A stretch of DNA of 64,000 bases from Eledone cirrhosa (taxonomy: Eukaryota). Made by a program: the position numbers and the translations under genes. This document shows, piece by piece, positions 1-13,784 of this stretch. Each line of letters begins with the position of its first letter. The stretch's first letter is position 1. The stretch lies in the NCBI GenBank assembly GCA_964016885.1, contig OZ024760.1, forward strand, positions 2,914,001 through 2,978,000. Reading direction: 5' to 3'. The notes beneath the pieces were generated by a model, which ran no database searches, had not been told where the DNA came from, and saw only the letters and a list, made by a program, of their open reading frames with translations.

Positions 1-410
1 ATGAAAGACACTGTCTATGTCATTAACCCTTTTATTACCATATTTCTAATGAAAGACACTGTCTATGTCATTAACCCTTTTATTACCATATTTCTAATGA
101 AAGACACTGTCTATGTCATTAACCCTTTCATTACTATATTTCTAATGAAAGACACTGTCTATGTCATTAACCCTTTTATTACCATATTTCTACTGAAAGA
201 CACTGTCTATGTCATTAACCCTTTCATTACCATATTTCTAATGAAAGACACTGTCTATGTCATTAACCCTTTCATTACCATATTTCTAATGAAAGACACT
301 GTCTATGTCATTAACCCTTTTATTACCATATTTCTAATGAAAGACACTGTCTATGTCATTAACCCTTTTATTACCATATTTCTAATGAAAGACACTGCCT
401 ATGATTTTCA
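1..410. repeat. 48-bp tandem repeat (~8.5 copies) derived from a TTAACCCTTT-type MITE terminus
   Basis: Unit atgaaagacactgtctatgtcattaacccttttattaccatatttcta repeated; the same sequence occurs dispersed at ~9460, ~13160 (minus) and ~24640. Confidence 0.9.
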
Positions 411-503
411 GTTAATTTTGAAAATGATCCGGAATTTTTTAATGCTAGTATTTGGAATATAACTTAACAAAGTTTCTCTATCTCACAATTATCTAATGAA
501 ATA

Positions 504-2285
504 GTGATAGTGGTGGTGGTGTTGGTAATTGTGGTGGTTGCAGTGGTGGTGGTGGTGGTGGTGTTAGTGACTGTTGTGATGATGGTAGTGGTGGTATTGG
601 TGACTGTGGTGATGATGGTAGTGGTGGTGATTGTGACTGTGGTGATGATGATGTTGGTGGTGATTGTGATGGTGGTGGTGGTGGTAGTGATGATGGTGGC
701 GGTGGTGGTGGTGGTGGTGGTGGTAATGATGGTGGTGGTAGTGCTGATGGTGGTGGTGGTGTTGGTGTTGGTGGTGATTGTGGTGGTGATGGTTATGATG
801 GTGGCGGTGGTGATGATGGTGATGGTGGTGGTGTTGGTGGTGATGATGGTGATGGTGGTGGTGTTGGTGGTGATGATGGTGATGGTGGTGGTGTTGGTGG
901 TGTTTGTGGTGATTGTAGTCGTGATGGTTGTGATGGTGGTGGTGGTGGTGGTGGCGATGATGGTGATGGTGGTGGTATTGGTGGTGATGATGGTATTGGT
1001 GGTGTTGGTGACTGTGGTGATGATGGTAGTGGTGGTGGTGTTGGTGGGGATTGTGGTGGTGATGGTTATGATGGTGGTGGTGGTGATGATGGTGATGGTG
1101 GTGGTGTTGGTGGTGATGATGGTATTGGTGGTGATTGTAGTGGTGATGGTTGTGATGGTGGTGGTGGTGCTGGTGGCGATGATGGTGGTGTTGGTGGTGA
1201 TGATGGTATCGGTGGTGTTGGTGACTGTGGTGATGATGGTTAGTGGTGGTGGTGTTGGTGGTGATTGTAGTGGTGATGGTTGTGATGGTGGTGGTGGTGG
1301 TGGTGGCGATGATGGTGATGGTGGTGGTGGTGGTGGTGTTGGTGGTGATTGTAGTGGTGATGGTATTGGTGGTGTTGGTGACTGTGGTGATGATGGTAGT
1401 GGTGGTGGTGTTGGTGGGGATTGTGGTGGTGATGGTTATGATGGTGGTGGTGGTGGTAATGATGGTGGTGGTGTTGGTGGTGATGATGGTAGTGGTGATG
1501 TTGGTGGTGATTGTAGTGGTGATGGTTGTGATGGTGGCGGTGGTGGTGGTGGCAATGATGGTGATGGTGGTGGTGTTGGTGGTGATGATGGTATTGGTGG
1601 TGTTGGTGACTGTGGTGATGATGGTAGTGGTGGTGTTGTTGGTGGTGATTGTAGTCGTGATGGTTGTGATGGTGGCGGTGGTGGTGGTGGCGATGATGGT
1701 GATGGTGGTGGTGTTGGTGGTGATGATGGTATTGGTGGTGTTGGTGACTGTGGTGATGATGGTAGTGGTGGTGTTGGTGGTGATGATGGTATTGGTGGTG
1801 TTGGTGACTGTGGTGATGATGGTAGTGGTGGTGTTGGTGGTGATGATGGTATTGGTGGTGTTGGTGACTGTGGTGATGATGGTATTGGTGGTGTTGGTGA
1901 CTGTCGTGATGATGGTTAGTGGTGGTGGTGTTGGTGGTGATTGTAGTGGTGATGGTTGTGATGGTGGTGGTGGTGATGATGGTGATGGTGGTGGTATTGG
2001 TGGTGATGATGGTATTGGTGGTGTTGGTGACTGTGGTGATGATGGTTAGTGGTGGTGTTGGTGGTGATTGTAGTGGTGATGGTTATAATGGTGGCGGTGG
2101 TGATGATGGTGATGGTGGTGGTGTTGGTGGTGATGATGGTATTGGTGGTGTTGGTGACTGTGGTGATGATGGTTAGTGGTGGTGTTGGTGGTGATTGTAG
2201 TGGTGATGGTTATGATGGTGGTGGTGGTGGTGGTGGTGATGATGGTGATGGTGGTGGTGGCGGTGGTGGTGATGACGGCGGTGTG
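504..2285. repeat. (GGT/GAT)n compound trinucleotide low-complexity array
   Basis: Direct reading; gives only V/M- or G/D-rich pseudo-ORFs. Confidence 0.95.
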
Positions 2286-2499
2286 TGTTGGTGGGAAATA
2301 TATATAAAGTGAGGAAAATGTCATGAGTGTGAACTAAAAATAGATACAAAAGTTGCTCACATTGTTGAGCTTAACTCGTAAACTTTCAGAAAGGACACTT
2401 AACTTTTTCATATGACACTTCACTTGGAGATGGTGTTGTTGTTGTTCTTTATGTTACGCTGGTGAAAAGAAGGTCGATTAGCTGTCATTGGAACGTCAT

Positions 2500-3665
2500 A
2501 TAGACCCATCATCAGCAGCAGTAGCAGAGGTAGCACTTCCACCATTGTCAGAATTGTCATCATCCTCATTATGATTGTCGCCATCATCATCATTATTATT
2601 ATCATCTTCGTCATCATTGTCATCAGCGGCTGTATCTTTATAATCATCACTGTCATCACCATCACCATCATCGTCATCGTCACCATTGTCATCATTACCA
2701 TCATCACCATTACCATCATCACCACCATCACCATCATCACCACCATCACCACCATCACCATCATCACCTTCATCACCATCATCACCATCACCATCATCAC
2801 CATCATCACCATCATCACTATCATCACCACCATCACTATCACCATCATCACCTTCATCACCATCATCACTATCATCACCACCATCACCATCACCATCATC
2901 ACCATCATCACCACCATCACCATCATCATCACCATCACCATCATCACCTTCATCACCATCATCACTATCATCACCACCATCACCACCATCACCATCATCA
3001 CCACCATCACCATCATCACCACCATCACCATCATCACCATCACCATCATCACTATCATCACCATCATCACCTTCATCACCATCATCACCATCACCATCAT
3101 CACCATCATCACCATCACCATCATCACCATCATCACCATCATCACTATCATCACCATCATCACCATCACCATCACCACCTTCATCACCATCATCACCATC
3201 ACCATCATCACCTTCATCACCATCATCACTATCATCACCACCATCACCATCATCACCATCACCACCATCACCATCATCACCATCACCATCATCACTATCA
3301 TCACCACCATCACCATCATCACCATCACCATCATCATCACCATCACCATCACCACCACCATCACCATCATCACCATCATCACCACCATCATCATCATCAC
3401 CATTGTCATCATCGCCATCATCACCTTCATCACCATCATCATCATCGCCATCATCACCTTCATCACCATCATCACCATCACCATCATCACCACCATCACC
3501 ATCATCACCATCACCATCATCACCACCATCATCATCATCACCATTGTCATCATCGTCATCATCACCTTCATCACCATCATCACCTTCATCACCATCATCA
3601 CCACCATCACCATCATCACCATCACCACCATCATCATTATCACCATCACCACCATTATTGCCATC
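2500..3665. repeat. (CAT/CAC)n compound trinucleotide array
   Basis: Direct reading; reverse-complement composition of the preceding array. Confidence 0.95.
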
Positions 3666-3807
3666 AGCAGGAGCAGCATTAGCAATTTGATAAATACATT
3701 TTGGATATAATCAAATATTTTGAGAATAATGCCATGATAAAAAGCACCCAGCCCACCCTGAAAGGTGGTCATGTTGGTGACACGACAAAAAGCACTTGTC
3801 CACCATG

Positions 3808-4495
3808 TTTACTAATTTCCCCACAAAAATAACTAATTTCCCCACATAAATAACTAATTTTCCCACAAAAATATCTAATTTCCTCACAAAAATTACCAAA
3901 TTCTCCACAAAATTACTAAATTCTCCACAAAAATAACTAATTTCCCCACAAAAATAACTAATTTCCCCACAAAAATAACTAATTTTCCCACAAAAATAAC
4001 TAATTTCCTCACAAAAATTACCAAATTCTCCACAAAATTACTAAATTCTCCACAAAAATAACTAATTTTCCCACAAAAATAACTAATTTCCTCACAAAAA
4101 TTACCAAATTCTCCACAAAATTACTAAATTCTCCACAAAAATAACTAATTTCCCCACAAAAATAACTAATTTCCCCACAAAAATTACTAAATTCTCCACA
4201 AAAATTACTAAATTCTCCACAAAAATAACTAATTTCCCCACAAAAATAACTAATTTCCCCACAAAAATTACTAAATTCTCCACAAAAATAACTAATTTCC
4301 CCACAAAAATAACTAATTTCCCCACAAAAATTACTAAATTCTCCACAAAAATTACTAAATTCTCCACAAAAATTACTAAATTCCCCACAAAAATAACTAA
4401 ATTCTCCACAAAAATTACTAAATTCCCCACAAAAATAACTAATTTCCCTGCAAAAATTACTAAATTCTCCACAAAAATTACCAATTTTTCTGACA
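3808..4495. repeat. ~21-bp minisatellite (aaattctccacaaaaataact-like)
   Basis: About 30 degenerate copies; a single related copy near 10775-10820. Confidence 0.9.
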
Positions 4496-4523
4496 ATATT
4501 TTTGGTGGTGCAGCTGAAGTAAC

Positions 4524-6012
4524 ATGTCACTGGGCAACCGCATGTCACCTGTCAACTATTGTCCAGTCAGTCTTACTAGCTGTATGGCCAAATTGATGGA
4601 ATCCTGTGTCAGAGAAACACTTTGGAACTTCTGGAGCTCTCACAGCCTCATCCGGCCCTCACAGTTTGGATTTATCCCTAACTCCAGCTGCTGTGATCAG
4701 CTTATCGAGTTCCTTGAAGACATCACCCGGATCACTGACAGCAGCTCATGGGTGGATGTTGTTTACCTTGACTTTGCTAAGGCTTTTAATTCTGTGCCAC
4801 ACAAAAGACTTATGGCAAAACTCTCTGCAATGGGTGTGAGGGATGATCTTTTCGACTGGTTGAAATCCTTCATTCTCAGCCAAAAAGAAGTAGTCACGGT
4901 TCTAGGACAGCATTCTTCACCATATGAGATGTCATCTGGTGTACCACAGGGATCTGTTCTTGGTCCCCTTTTGTTTGTGGCATATATTAATGACATAGAT
5001 GCCAACTTACGGAATGCCACGGTACTGAAATATGCAGATGACATCAAGCTGTACCTTGAAATCAAAAGGACTGATCCTGAAATCTACAACTCTTTCCTAC
5101 AATCAGACCTGGACACAATGCAGCAATGGATCACCGACTGGCAACTGAAGCTGGCTGTGGACAAGTGTACCACCATGCATTTTGGGAGGAAAAATCCAGC
5201 GTCCACATACTCCCTTCACGACACTGATATCAAGAAGTCCTCTTGTGAACGTGACCTGGGCATTACTGTCAGCAGCGATTTGCGTTGGACAAAGCATGTC
5301 TCTTAGATTGTCAAGAAGGCCGAGGGTGTCTTGGCATCACTCAACAAGACCTTTGTTAGCCGCTCTCCAGCCATCTATTTAAAACTGTATACAGCTATGG
5401 TACGACCACACTTGGAATTCGCATCATCAGTCTGGAACCCCTATCTTGCTCAGAACATTGACCTCCTGGAAACTGTTCAGAGACGTGCAACCAAGCACAT
5501 ACCCTCCATCAGACACCTACCATACTCTGAATGCCTTGCTTCCCTGGGCATGGATTCATTGAAACTCTGACGTCTGGCAATGGACTTGGTAAATACCCAC
5601 AAAGTTATTAACCATCTCGCCAATTGCAACCCTGAGCACCTTTTTGATCTCCATGTGTCTAACACACGTGGACATGCCTACAAAGTCAGAAAACACCACA
5701 GCTCCCATGACTTTCATAAACATTTTTTCACGCTCAGAGTTGCTGAAGCATGGAACTAACTGCCTGCGTCAGTTGTTAGCTGTCGAGACACTGCATCCTT
5801 TAAGACACTCATGCTTCCCGAAATACGCCAAAACTACACCTGATGTACCCCTCCCATACACATGCACACATGTGTGTATCATGACTCATGCACTGTTCAT
5901 TTTACTGATGTTTGTACATTACCCTATGTACTATACATACACTTTTTGATGAGTTGTAGTGCACCTGAGCACTGTACACAATATTTCATTATTATTATTA
6001 TTATATTATTAT
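4524..6012 (+). mobile_element. 5'-truncated CR1-group LINE (RT plus 3' UTR), inactivated by stop codons
   Basis: RT motifs YCPVSLTS, QFGF, VYLDFAKAF, GVPQGSVLGPLLF, YADD; continues to YTAMVRPHLEFASSVWNP and VQRRATK; premature stops at ~5304 and ~5568; 3' stem-loop gtagtgcacctgagcactgtac followed by an (ATT)n tail. Confidence 0.92.
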
Positions 6013-7403
6013 AAGTTTACTCAATCAGGACCTATAGTGGGCTAAATATCAACAACAACAACAACAACAACAAGTACTAGTCATATTCATGATAAACTTT
6101 GTCTGCTATCTCTCTTGGGGGTTTTACAAGGACATTACTAATAAGGCAACAAAGAAGACTAATTCAGTCATTTTATATTCCAGGTCTTGTAATAATTAGT
6201 TTAGTTGGTAGTTAAATAAATTATTATTCGGAATAATTAAATTATGGTATATTGCAGTAATTGTAGTATTAGACTAACTAAATTACAGATGTGAGTGGAA
6301 CAGAATGTCATTCTGTTTGATTAACATGTGGAATTGCAGAATCACAGAATAGCAGAATAAAAGAATAAAAGTGTAAAGTTTCAAGTTTCAAGTTTCAAAC
6401 TGTTGCTTTTCAGTAGAGATTAGAGAAAGACAACTTGCTTTCACTGCCAAAGCCATGTCTGGATAAGGGATAAAGAAATTCACTTTTCAATAATTAGTTC
6501 CTCGGATCAGTCCTACAGTGTGACATCTTGAACAAGTATATTTATCATTGACTTGAGTCGTGAGAGTGAAATTGAATTGAGGGAGGGGTTGTCAGCCTAG
6601 TTACAACCTACCCTTTACAGCCTCCTGCCATGTCTCACTGCTTTAGAAGTTTTGTAATCACGAAGCCATGGGCATCTTAGGCAAGTGTTTTTTACTCTAG
6701 CAGCCTTGTGAGTGATTTTGGGTAGAGAAAGGTTGTTAGCTTGGCCACAACCTGCCTTCACTGCCCACAGCCATGGCTGAGGGGTGAAGAAACTCACTTT
6801 GCAATCCTAATGTCCTGGGCATCTTGGGTAAATATCTTTACCATAGATCGACAAGTTCTCAGACTTCATTCACTTACCAAGCAAGGTGGAACTTGTCAAA
6901 TCAAACCAAGGAAACAATGTTTCCATTGGTCTTTGCATTGTTGATACTATCTACCAGTCGCAACTCCTTGCTGAAAGAGCAATATGAAATAAAATGTCTT
7001 GCTCAAGGATATAACACATCGCCCAGTCCAGGAATCAAACTCGCAACTTCACGATTGCCAACCCAATTCTCTAACCATGTGCCTTCACAGTTGAAATGTG
7101 AAAATTTACAGTGCAAAAGACTTTAATATTAAACTAGACTACCCGTGACCTGTTGGGTCACTAATTGTTCAAGGTACCCAAAAAACTTATTTTATTCCAT
7201 TTGTATTCCCATTTCAGGGTTATGTTACTTTCAAAATATTTTCCCATTAATCATCGATTTGGCTATTTATGAAGGTGCCCAGAAAACCCCATATCTCAGG
7301 AACCCGTGCTCTGATTTACGCGAAACTTGATTTAATCAACTTCCTCCGCCTTTCTCCGCCCCCAAAATTGTTGGCCTTGTGCCTAAATCAGAAACCATTA
7401 TTG

Positions 7404-7450
<47 letters not shown>

Positions 7451-8288
7451 TTGCAGCATTCTGTGTTCAAATCCTGCTGATGTTAGCTTTGCCTTTCATA
7501 CTTAAAGTGTCAATAAAATAAAGTACCAGTAAACTCACTGGGGTTTAAGATGGTGTTTTGAACATAACTTAACAAAGGTTTTTACATAAAATTATGATGG
7601 AAGGTTTTTAGATAAGTATAGGATAAAAAGGATAAAGATCCCATAACTCCTTGTGGGGGTCATAGAGGCACCGTCATACGGCATGTCTAGGGCACTTTTA
7701 AACCTGGTGGAGCCCAACCCTCTCCATGTCTGAACACAGCCAATTTGTTTCTATAGAGGAAGAATCAACCCCAGTACTGGACTGGTACTTTATTTATCAA
7801 CCTTGAAAGGATGAAAGGCAAAGTTGACTATGGTGGGATTTGAACTCAGAGCGTGCAATGAGGTGGGACGAATACCGTAAAGCATTCTATCCGATGTCTT
7901 AATGACTCTGCAAAATCGCCGCATATAGATAAATATAAATATTTTAAAATAAACAGTTTTGTTATCATAGAACCAGGAATGGTTTCAAGCAGTTCGTGTC
8001 AAAAGGGTTTACAAATATTGGCATTTACAGTATGTGATCACTTATAAACTTTTTAGAAACTTTAATACCAACTGAGACTAGCTTAGCTATACGTGTATTT
8101 GAATAATGCAAAGTTGCCTGTTTAATATTCAAAAGGAAACCAGGCGTTTCCTATATTTCAAAGTACCATCCATCATGGCAGCTTGTATATCTATGTGTAT
8201 GTATAATGTATTTGTATATGTACACATGTATCTGTGTGTATGTAGCTATACCCTTGAAAATGTGTTTGTGTGTATGTATGTATGTATA

Positions 8289-8325
<37 letters not shown>

Positions 8326-8329
<4 letters not shown>

Positions 8330-8485
8330 ATGGAGCCAGTAAAAACCAGTTAGACCATTACTCACCAGAGTACTCGATATTTGGAATAGTAGAGTGGGTA
8401 ATATGAAAAATTTGGGACCCCAATGGCTGAGCTCCGGCTGTTTCAGCATCTAGATCTGGACAACTACACAACCTCTTTAATTTAG

Positions 8486-8489
<4 letters not shown>
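8326..8489 (-). mobile_element. Degenerate terminal fragment of the PLE family at 29589-32790, with the 3' half of its hammerhead
   Basis: Aligns by eye to the reverse complement of 32660-32790 (gtagagtgggtaata...gacccc...gctgagctc...gtttc); (TA)n on both sides. Confidence 0.7.
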
Positions 8490-8533
<44 letters not shown>

Positions 8534-8756
8534 CCATGTATTTTATTGAATTCAAATCCGTGACACATTGTACCATGCTAGTAAAAGCTTTCTCATGTTG
8601 CCAAACAGAACATATATATTTTCATGTAATGTCATATGTTATGTATACACTCAGTTGGCTCTGTATACTCTCATTGAATTATTTAACAGAGGTATTTTCA
8701 AATTAGTAAAGCTCTCTTTAAGAAAATAGCAATTTGCTATTTAAATGTTGTTTTAA

Positions 8757-9039
8757 CCCTTTAGCATTTAAACCGGCCATATCTGGTCAGAATTCCCTCA
8801 CTTCTTTCTGTTCAAACCAGCTGTAACCGGTCACTCATACTAATGTTAAGATATTGTTCTCAAAATAAATAATATCAAAATTTCATAGATTAGATATTAT
8901 GTGAGATAATTATGTGAGGTAAAGCCTTTACCATGAAAATATAATAGTATATATATGGAGTAATGTAAATGTTATGTGAGATAAAGCCTTTACTGTTAAA
9001 ATATAATAGTAAATACAGAGTAATGTAAATGATAAAGGG
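8757..9039 (+). mobile_element. piggyBac-type MITE
   Basis: TTAA|CCCTTTAGCATTTA...TAAATGATAAAGGG|TTAA; TIRs, TTAA duplication and several dispersed copies in the window. Confidence 0.8.
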
Positions 9040-9789
9040 TTAAACACATTGTTTAGTTGGCATATATAAGCTGACCTTATCCTCGCGTTTTATCAACGAT
9101 TTTTTGGTCACATATTCCTCAGCTTGTATTTGCGTGTATATGGTAATTAATGAAGAATTTAGAATGATTTACTAAAATTATCAATTATTTCTTTATTACC
9201 CCTTTCATTATTATATTTCTAATAAAATACACTACTTTTTAATTAATTAAGAATTTAAAAAGATTTACTAAAATTATTAATTATTACCCCTTTCATTACT
9301 ATACTTCTAATAAAATACACTACTTTTTAATTAATAAAGAATTTAGAAAAATTTACTAAAATTATTAATTATTACCCCTTTCATTACTATACTTCTAATA
9401 AAATACACTACCTTTTAATTAATTAATAAAGAATTTACTAAAATGATTAATTATTTCATTATTAATCCTTTTATTACCATATTTCTAATGAAATACCCTG
9501 TGTTATCTTTTGCTCCGGCAGCAGTTCGTTTGTCCAACCCTTTCACCTGCCTTTTGTTGTATGTGGTCCTAGATGTATATATTACCTGCATGTGTTTTCG
9601 TTTCTTTGTTTCTTTCTTTTTTCCTTTCCTTTTTCTTTCTTCTTTTTTTCTCTTTCTATTTGTAATATTATGTTGACAGTTGCACCTTAATAATTTTAGT
9701 TAACTAATAAAGAATTTGGACAGATTTACTAAATTTATTAATTATTTCATTAGTCAAATGGTGTTTCTCCTCTCTTTTTCTCCTTTTCG

Positions 9790-9886
9790 TTTTCTTTTTT
9801 TTTTCTTTTCTTTTCTTTTCTTTTCTTTTCTTTTCTTTTCTTTTCTTTTCTTTTCTTTTCTTTTCTTTTCTTTTCTTTTCTTTTCC
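9790..9886. repeat. (TTTTC)n microsatellite
   Basis: Direct reading. Confidence 0.95.
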
Positions 9887-10960
9887 CTTTAATGGTGTGT
9901 TTTTTGTTTATTAGATACTGCTCATTTATTTTTATATAATGTCAATAGCCTTCATAACATTCTGAGAAAAAAAAAGGGTTAAACTTGGTATTAGATAAAA
10001 TCTATTACCAAAAACTGTTTAAATAAATATGTTTATGTATCTTGTATACATAAACTGCCATCATTTCAAAATTATTGTTGATTTAAATTCAATTATCACA
10101 TCGTTATTTTTTTTCGTTTTATATTCTTTATTGATGTTATATTTTATTTTATTTTTTACATTTTATATTTATTTATTTATTTATTTTATTTTATCTTTTT
10201 ACATTTTCTTTCATTCTGACCTTACTTGTTATTGTACTGTCTACAATATTAAACTGATCTGGTTAATTAATTAAGTTAATTTAATCTTATTTTATTTAGA
10301 TTTTATATATTTTATCATGCCATGCTCGATAGTGAAAAGCAAATTATTTTATTTTATTATTTTTTAACCTGTTCATTATCTCCCACCTGAAACCACCTCT
10401 GGTTCTGTTGTGAGGAAAACACCCTGTATACCCCCCTCCCGTAACTAAAAGTGGACTAGGTGAAACTCTATAAATAAGAACTGAAGTGAACTGTCGAGAG
10501 AACTGTATGTACGGAGTCTCATTGTAGTCTCTAATTGGTAGTTCCAAATTACACCTGGTGAGGTGAATACCTTGGGTCTTATCCTTGTTTCCTACATATA
10601 TACAAAACAGGTGTGTCACACCATTATAACAGTTGTTTATTTTAAAGTGTTTATATCTATTTTAAAACCTTCCATCATAATTCTATATCAGAACCTTTGT
10701 TAAGTTATGTTCTAAACACCATCTTAAACCTTTTGATACCAAACTACCTGAAACCATCCCTGCTTTTTTTTTTCTCCACAAACTTTACTAATTTCTCCAC
10801 AAAAATGACTAAATTTTTTAACGATTTTTAGTGGGTGCAGCACGCCAGCTGTATACGACTTATCCAGAGGTGATGGATTAGCAGAATCTTTAAAGAATCA
10901 GATGGGAAGCTTTTATATATATTTTTTGTAAACTCAGTCCTTTGGTATATTTTTTATTAG

Positions 10961-11132
10961 ACCTGACAGCCATCCATTGCTGCTAATAGCCCTTGGAAAC
11001 TTCGGAGCAAGTTTTCTTCAAAGGAATGTTACTGAACCATTGCAGATGTTGGCTAAAAAAGGGGTCCATGCAACTTATATGCAGGCTGTCTACCCAACAC
11101 TGACCACACCAAACCTATATTCTATCATAACG
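10961..11132 (+). CDS. ENPP-family (nucleotide pyrophosphatase/phosphodiesterase-like) gene, internal exon A: PDSHPLLLIALGNFGASFLQRNVTEPLQMLAKKGVHATYMQAVYPTLTTPNLYSIIT
   Basis: Acceptor tttttattag, donor gtaagt; matches ENPP motifs LLxSLDGFR and MRPVYPTKTFPNHYSIVT; phase-0 end joins exon B. Confidence 0.93.
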
Positions 11133-11195
11133 GTAAGTCTTAGTTTATTTATTATTTTATTTCTTACTGTTTTACTCCACAAAATCAGGACAAGG

Positions 11196-11803
11196 GCATG
11201 ACACCGTGATGAAGGAAGTTCTCCCACAAGGTGGAATGGTTGAAGTAGTTGTGGGTGTCAAGGACATGACACACTGATGAAGGAAGTTCTCCCGCAAGGT
11301 GGAATGGTTGAAGTAGTTGTGGGTGTCAAGGTCATGACATACTGATGAAGGAAGTTCTCCCGCAAGGTGGAATGGTTGAAGTAGTTGTGGGTGTCAAGGT
11401 CATGACATACTGATGAAGGAAGTTCTCCCACAAGGTGGAATGGTTGAAGTAGTTGTGGGTGTCAAGGTCATGACACACTGATGAAGGAAGTTCTCCCGCA
11501 AGGTGGAATGGTTGAAGTAGTTGTGGGTGTCAAGGTCATGACACACTGATGAAGGAAGTTCTCCCGCAAGGTGGAATGGTTGAAGTAGTTGTGGGTGTCA
11601 AGGTCATGACACACTGATGAAGGAAGTTCTCCCGCAAGGTGGAATGGTTGAAGTAGTTGTGGGTGTCAAGGACATGACACACTGATGAAGGAAGTTCTCC
11701 CACAAGGTGGAATGGTTGAAGTAGTTGTGGGTGTCAAGGACATGACACACTGATGAAGGAAGTTCTCCCACAAGGTGGAATGGTTGAAGTAGTTGTGGGT
11801 GTC
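11196..11803. repeat. 68-bp tandem repeat (~9 copies)
   Basis: Unit tgatgaaggaagttctcccgcaaggtggaatggttgaagtagttgtgggtgtcaaggtcatgacacac. Confidence 0.93.
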
Positions 11804-12334
11804 ATTGGCTTACTGTCTTCCACAGCAATGTTTGTCACTGTCTTGTCTGTGGGATGTTGCTCGAATATGCCCTCCAACCAAGGGTATAGTGTTTGCCCCA
11901 CAGGGTGGAATAGTTGAAACAGTTGTGGGTATCACTGGGTTACTGTTTTCAGCATCATCATCATCACCATCATTTTAATGTCCACTATCAATGGCAATGC
12001 TTTTGCCATCTTGTCCATTAAATATTTCTTTATATACTCTCCAACCAAGAGTATGGGGTTTGTCCCAAAATGTAGAATGGTTGAAGTAGCTGTGGGTTTC
12101 ATTGGCTTACTATTTTCAATGGCAATGCTTTCATTGTCTTGTCTGTTGGATGTTGCTCTGATATACCCTCCAACAAAGGGTATAAGGTTTGTCCCTTAAT
12201 AGAGGAAGGCTGCTGCAACTGTGGGTATTGTTGTTTTCATTGTGGTGAATCAGATTAGGATTTAGACTTTAGTGAAAAAAAATATTCCAAGATTACATTC
12301 AGTATGATTAACAAGATATGATTTTAATAATAAA

Positions 12335-12470
12335 ATAATAATAATAATAATGAAATGATTGTGTACAGTGCTCAGGTGCACTACAACTCATCAAAGGTGC
12401 ATGTATAGTACATAGAATAATGTACAAATGTCAGGAAAGTGAACAGTGTATGAGCCATGTTGTACATATG
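12335..12470 (-). mobile_element. 3' end fragment of the same CR1-group LINE
   Basis: Reverse complement of 5880-6005, including the stem-loop and (ATT)n tail; a shorter copy at ~14990-15046. Confidence 0.8.
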
Positions 12471-12689
12471 ACGAGAATTTACAATATCAAACCACCTGAC
12501 ACCACCCCTGCCAAGGTTAACTATGCCTTTCATCCTTACGGGGTTGATAAAATAAAGTACCAGTAATGCACTGGATAATTGCTGGCCTTGTGCCAAAAGT
12601 AAAGACAATTATAATTTTAAGCAATGATCTTGTTATATTCCAAACACCAACTTCCTTATGAAAGAGTTTGTTTTATTATTAAATCCTTC

Positions 12690-13585
12690 TAAATTATTGT
12701 ATATTTTAAAATTTATTTGAAAATCATAGATATTGTCTTTCATTAGAAAAATGGTAATGAAAGGGTTAAAGTGTTTATATTTATCAAAACAATTTCCACC
12801 CTAGTTTTACGTAGCAATCTTTGTTAACCCTTTATCATTTATATTACTCTATATTTACTGTTGTATTTTCACAGTAAACACTTCACCTCATGTACTTATC
12901 TCACATAATATTGAACCTATGAGATTTTGATATTAATCATTTTGAGAACAATACCTTAACATCGGTATGAGCGGCTGGTTACAGCCGGTTTGAACAGAAA
13001 AGGGTGAGAGAATTCTGACCGGATATGGCTGGTTAATATGCTAAAAGGTTAAGTTATGTTCCAAACACCCACTTCAAAATAAGAAATTGAATTATGATAC
13101 TGAATCCCACCAAATTCTTGGTTATTTTCAAAATTATTTGAAAATCATAGATAGCGTTTTTCATTAGAAAAATGGTAATGAAAGGGTTAAAGTCTTTATA
13201 TATTACCTAAACAATTTTCATCCTAGTTTTATGTAACAATCTTTATTAAGTTATGTTTCAAACACCCGCTTAAAAATAAGAAAATGAATTATGATACTGA
13301 ATCCCAGCAAATTCTTGGTTATTTTCAAAATTATTTGAAAATCATAGATAGCGTTTTTCATTAGAAAAATGGTAATGAAAGGGTTAAAGTCTTTATATAT
13401 TACCTAAACAATTTCCATCCTAGTTTTATGTAACAATCTTTATTAAGTTATGTTCCAAACACCTGCTTAAAAATAAGAAAATTAATTATGATACTGAATC
13501 CCAGCAAATTCTTGGTTATTTTCAAAATTATTTGAAAATCACAGACAGCGTCTTTCATTAGAAACACTGCGATGAAAGGGTTAAA
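12690..13585. repeat. ~197-bp tandem repeat built from MITE-derived sequence, with a nested MITE
   Basis: attatgatactgaatccc recurs at 13091, 13288 and 13485. Confidence 0.8.
12828..13048 (-). mobile_element. piggyBac-type MITE nested in the 197-bp repeat
   Basis: TTAA duplication at 12824-12827 and 13049-13052; neighbouring repeat units show the empty site (ctttattaagttatgtt). Confidence 0.85.
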
Positions 13586-13784
13586 ATGTTTCAATTAAAT
13601 TAGAGTTGTCAATTAGAAAGTTTGAGAGCAACTAACAGCAGCATCAGCATCAAGGGCAGCAGCCACTAACAGCATCAGCAGTTCTTCATCTTTGAGCTGA
13701 TGTTGGCATGAAGAATTATTTTGGCTTCTTAATAGCGTATCTAACACCTCCATTGTCAAGACAACCTTATTTTATAGAAGTGGG

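Noticed and set aside
504-3772. Long V/M-, G/D-, S/P- and I/T-rich ORFs
   Set aside because: Trinucleotide-repeat artefacts, open in several frames, with no splice or homology support.
11196-11803. CTGATGA in each 68-bp unit, suggesting a tandem hammerhead or retrozyme array
   Set aside because: Followed by GCAA/ACAA rather than GAAA, and no stem I or III could be formed.
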